From sequence record MW822008.1: a stretch of DNA of 64,000 bases; one strand, 5' to 3'. Origin of the DNA: Escherichia phage BF17. The notes below the pieces were generated by a model that was not told the origin of the DNA, ran no database searches, and saw nothing but the letters and a program-made list of their open reading frames with translations. Each line of letters begins with the position of its first letter. Position 1 is the stretch's first letter. The translations under genes and the position numbers were made by a program. Below are positions 60,839-64,000 of this stretch, in pieces.

Positions 60839-61360
60839 ATGTCGAAGAAGGATGCTTCGAAAAAACATTCAGTACATTTTAGTACTGGAAAAGATAACTG
60901 GACAACTCCAAAGGATTTCTTTGAAGATTTGGATGAACTCTGGGAATTTACACTAGATGCAGCATGTGTCAAAGAAACTGCATTGTGTGATAATTTTTTC
61001 ACTCCAGAAGATGATTCACTGTCACAGGATTGGGGAAATAATATAGTTTGGTTGAATCCACCATATAGTGACTTGAAAACTTGGTTATCTAAAGCAGTAG
61101 ATGCATATAATAACGGGGCAACTGTAGTTATTCTTGTACCCTCAAGAACCGATACAATTGCTTTTCAGGATTATGCTGCTAAAATATGTGATTGTATTTG
61201 TTTTATTAAGGGAAGATTGAGATTTGGTATACCAGAAGAACCCGATAAGAAAACAGATTCAGCACCATTTCCTTCGTGTCTGATAGTACTGGATAAGTAC
61301 TTAACCACTGCTAAAATCAATTATCTTAAATCTCTTGGGTTGGTGATGAAGAATTTATGA
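60839..61360 (+). CDS. phage Dam-family DNA N6-adenine methyltransferase (173 aa)
   Basis: WTTPKDFF...LDAAC...WLNPPYS: NPPY catalytic motif plus overall pattern of the small phage Dam family; RBS AAAGGAA. Confidence 0.75.
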   Translation: MSKKDASKKHSVHFSTGKDNWTTPKDFFEDLDELWEFTLDAACVKETALCDNFFTPEDDSLSQDWGNNIVWLNPPYSDLKTWLSKAVDAYNNGATVVILVPSRTDTIAFQDYAAKICDCICFIKGRLRFGIPEEPDKKTDSAPFPSCLIVLDKYLTTAKINYLKSLGLVMKNL

Positions 61361-61890
61361 AAGAAACATGCGTATTAACTTTTGGACGTGTTAATCCCGT
61401 ACATCGTGGACATGGTTTAGTTTTTGAAAAGGCCAAAACATTACAAGAACAGTACAATGCTGATTTAAAAATATATCTAAGCACCAGTACTGACAATATA
61501 AAAAACCCACTCCCACCTGAACTAAAAATGTATTATACAGAGGGATTCTATCCTTCAGTGCAAGAGAACATCTACACAGAAGACAATCTATTTGATATAA
61601 TGAGAGAACTGGATGGAAAGTACTTAGATGTTCTTTTCATATGTGGTTCTGACCGTATTGATTCTTTTCAAAAAACTCTTGACATGTACAATGGTAAGTT
61701 GTATAATTTTTGTAGTATAAAAGCAATTCAAGCAGGTATTGACCGTAATGTAAGTCAATATAGCTCAACACAAATGCGTAACTTCGCAAAAAATGAAGAT
61801 TTTGATAGTTTTCGTGAGTTTTTACCTGGAAATGACGAGGACTTAAAAATACAATTATTTGAAGACGTTATAAAATACATGAGGAAATAA
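61357..61890 (+). CDS. nucleotidyltransferase with HxGH motif, NMN adenylyltransferase-like (177 aa)
   Basis: N-terminal TFGRVNPVHRGH matches the G(R/K)FxPxHxGH signature of NadM/NadR-type adenylyltransferases; ATGA overlap with methyltransferase gene. Confidence 0.55.
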   Translation: MKETCVLTFGRVNPVHRGHGLVFEKAKTLQEQYNADLKIYLSTSTDNIKNPLPPELKMYYTEGFYPSVQENIYTEDNLFDIMRELDGKYLDVLFICGSDRIDSFQKTLDMYNGKLYNFCSIKAIQAGIDRNVSQYSSTQMRNFAKNEDFDSFREFLPGNDEDLKIQLFEDVIKYMRK

Positions 61891-61892
61891 TT

Positions 61893-62186
61893 ATGTCAGT
61901 ACTGTTCAAAACCAATCCAGTACTTTGGGATCAAAATGAGCAATCAGGATTTCGTTCCATCCATGTTGAATACAAAGGTAATACTGTAGTTGCAATTATT
62001 GCTAACAAAACTCTAGGAAACTGGACTGCACAGGTTGTTCCTATGGGATATTCTTACACATCTGATGAGGTTCAATTCCTGGCTGAACTATATCGTCAAG
62101 TGCCGTTTATCATTAATGTACTAGAAGGTAATGATACATTATCACATGCAGATGTGATTAATTTTCTTGGAAACTTGCATGTGTGA
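61893..62186 (+). CDS. hypothetical protein (97 aa)
   Basis: RBS GAGGAAA. Confidence 0.7.
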   Translation: MSVLFKTNPVLWDQNEQSGFRSIHVEYKGNTVVAIIANKTLGNWTAQVVPMGYSYTSDEVQFLAELYRQVPFIINVLEGNDTLSHADVINFLGNLHV

Positions 62187-62466
62187 TGAAATAAATCTTA
62201 CAGGATATTTTTTACAAGAATCAATGATTAAATTTAGTGATAAATTTTCAGTACTGGATGGTATCGAAATGTGGCATGTCAAACCACTGTTCCACACTTT
62301 CAGTAAAGAGCACAAAATGTTATTGACTGAAGCCAGTAAATCAAATAACATATGTGAAATCAAAATTGGTGTAAATGTCTATAAAGGGATGGTTATCTTT
62401 TTTGACAATAACAGCAACTACTTTTATATTGTTAAGGAGCATTACGTTGACAAATACAAATACTAA
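62179..62466 (+). CDS. hypothetical protein (95 aa)
   Basis: ATG 62179; track start 62167 is TTG. Confidence 0.6.
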   Translation: MCDEINLTGYFLQESMIKFSDKFSVLDGIEMWHVKPLFHTFSKEHKMLLTEASKSNNICEIKIGVNVYKGMVIFFDNNSNYFYIVKEHYVDKYKY

Positions 62467-63067
62467 TACATATTTCCGTTATCTTCGATTAGGTCTTTCC
62501 CTACGTCCGATCCGTGGAAAGTGCGATTCACTCGCTGACCTTGACTATGCATATGCATTACATCATGAAGGTGTACAGTATGTATTGGGTGATTATGGTG
62601 AATTTGAAGAAACAAATGACAGTACTGGAATTAATGCTGGTGTAGAAAATCTTAACAACATTGCTAACAGTTCTCGCCATGACATTGTGTTACAGATTCA
62701 AAACTTTATTGAGCAACACACAGGCAAACGTGTTTGGTGCTATGTCGGTACTGATGCACAAATGTCAATTTCATTCGGTAACGATGAAGGATATGTTGCA
62801 CAGCTTATTATGGATTTTGAATCTGAAGAGAAGTTTTTAGAATTCAAAGAAAAGATTATTCAGTCACTTGTTGATATGGGTATCCCCGAAGATAAAATGC
62901 CAGAAGTTCAAAACATTGATGAATTTGTTTTGATTCCATCTGATGAGAAATATGATGCAATGTTTACTGCTCTTAATATTCCAGGAGTTATTGTGGAGTA
63001 CTTTGATGATGGTGATGATAGTATCTATATCGATCTAGATGACGATGACGATGACGACGATGAATAA
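62447..63067 (+). CDS. hypothetical acidic protein with poly-Asp C-terminal tail
   Basis: TTG 62447 preceded by RBS AAGGAG 62434-62439 (start uncertain; track gives 62375); C-terminus DLDDDDDDDDE. Confidence 0.5.
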   Translation: MTNTNTNTYFRYLRLGLSLRPIRGKCDSLADLDYAYALHHEGVQYVLGDYGEFEETNDSTGINAGVENLNNIANSSRHDIVLQIQNFIEQHTGKRVWCYVGTDAQMSISFGNDEGYVAQLIMDFESEEKFLEFKEKIIQSLVDMGIPEDKMPEVQNIDEFVLIPSDEKYDAMFTALNIPGVIVEYFDDGDDSIYIDLDDDDDDDDE

Positions 63068-63073
63068 TGTACA

Positions 63074-63102
63074 TAGCCCGACATAAGTTCGGGCTATTTT
63101 TG
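63074..63102 (+). terminator. Rho-independent terminator
   Basis: hairpin AGCCCGAcataagtTCGGGCT then ATTTTTG. Confidence 0.75.
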
Positions 63103-63113
63103 TAAGGGGATAT

Positions 63114-63389
63114 ATGAATTATAAAGTTCTACAATATACATACAGTGTTTTGTTTGATTTACATCACAATGGAAGATATCTCAATACAATACGAGAAAAC
63201 ACATTCACTCATACTATCTGGATTAATCACTTAATAATGATACGTGAATATTTTGTTAATAGTGAGATAATCATTCGTGGTAAAAAACAGAAGATAGAAC
63301 AAGTTAATAGTTTTGGTGGTAAATTAGTACTATCATTTATAGATAGTAATACTAATGAAAGATATAGTATAGATTTGGTGGACATATGA
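63114..63389 (+). CDS. family C paralog (MNYKVLQYTYSVLFDL...)
   Basis: RBS AAGGGGA; N-terminal motif shared with following genes. Confidence 0.65.
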   Translation: MNYKVLQYTYSVLFDLHHNGRYLNTIRENTFTHTIWINHLIMIREYFVNSEIIIRGKKQKIEQVNSFGGKLVLSFIDSNTNERYSIDLVDI

Positions 63390-63652
63390 ATTATAAAGAT
63401 TTCCTACTAACATACAAGATTATTCGAGATTTAGCACACGACAATGATAGCCCTAGTCTAGAAGACACATGCACTGAAATGATTCATACGATTCGTGGTA
63501 AGATTAAAAAAAAATTCAGTACTGTTATTATTGGTGATGACCATGCAGAATTTTCTGATATAATCATTAGACGTGATGGTAAAGTTGAGGTTCAGTACTA
63601 CACTGATTTTGGATTTACCAGTATTCCGTTGGAGATATTCCCTTGGGATTAA
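63386..63652 (+). CDS. family C paralog (MNYKDFLLTYKIIRDL...)
   Basis: ATGA overlap. Confidence 0.65.
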   Translation: MNYKDFLLTYKIIRDLAHDNDSPSLEDTCTEMIHTIRGKIKKKFSTVIIGDDHAEFSDIIIRRDGKVEVQYYTDFGFTSIPLEIFPWD

Positions 63653-63954
63653 ATTTAAATGATATACAATTCACTTATAAGATCCTATATGATTTGTATG
63701 ATGTATACCTTGTTAGTAACAACATAGGTTCACATAACCGATCCAAAGAACAACCATTTATTGATTTATATATTGAGTACTTAGATTCAGTAGGTGAATA
63801 TATAAAAAAGAATTACAGTACTTTTATCGATGGAAATGATAAATTCGATTTCTATGGTGTACAATCATATAATGGTATAATCCATGTTCAATTTCAGGAA
63901 ATAACCGATAGGGGATTTATCGAGATTAAAGTTGTGAAGTTGGTGAATTTATAA
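63643..63954 (+). CDS. family C paralog (LNDIQFTYKILYDL...)
   Basis: ORF track. Confidence 0.6.
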   Translation: MGLNLNDIQFTYKILYDLYDVYLVSNNIGSHNRSKEQPFIDLYIEYLDSVGEYIKKNYSTFIDGNDKFDFYGVQSYNGIIHVQFQEITDRGFIEIKVVKLVNL

Positions 63955-63964
63955 GAGGTTACAT

Positions 63965-64000
63965 ATGTTATTAAATGATATACAATTCACATACAAATTT
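63965..64000 (+). CDS. family C paralog, 5' partial (MLLNDIQFTYKF...), runs off window
   Basis: ATG 63965 with RBS AGAGG; same N-terminal motif. Confidence 0.5.
   Translation, partial: MLLNDIQFTYKF

Noticed and set aside
1-64000. Prophage or mobile-element boundaries (integrase, transposase, att sites)
   Set aside because: No recombinase-like ORF and no long terminal inverted repeats; the architecture is that of a virulent phage genome segment.

Overview
The window looks like lytic-phage DNA, with essentially every credible gene on the + strand and no rRNA, tRNA, CRISPR array, integrase or transposase. It falls into three parts. (1) 1-1700 is ORF-free and repeat-rich: a CAGTACTG palindrome cluster, iteron-like direct repeats, and Chi octamers. 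(2) 1700-20440 (moderate GC) is an early-region-like module of about 55 small genes, most behind a near-consensus sigma70 promoter followed by a GGGGAA-N4-TTCCCC 5' stem-loop, resembling the PeSL cassettes described for T4-type phages. It includes a TraR/DksA-type zinc finger, a small protein with kinase-like motifs, duplicated promoter cassettes and several paralog pairs. (3) 20720-57000 (AT-rich) is an unbroken array of more than 85 small co-directional genes with overlapping stop/start codons, dominated by two paralog families: family A (about 70 aa, 'LGTNYQE' motif, 31 copies) and family B (about 100-200 aa, acidic-aromatic 'EE[YLF]FQxS[LT]V' motif, roughly 55 copies). The array carries clear traces of recent tandem duplication, gene fragments and one frameshifted copy. 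The 3' end (57-64 kb) holds a phage Dam-family N6-adenine methyltransferase, an NMN-adenylyltransferase-like protein and a third small paralog family. I regard the family A/B arrays as the most likely undescribed system. Regulatory-feature coordinates are approximate (a few nt); many CDS starts were moved to an internal ATG with an RBS, because the ORF track often begins inside the promoter -10 (TATAATG).
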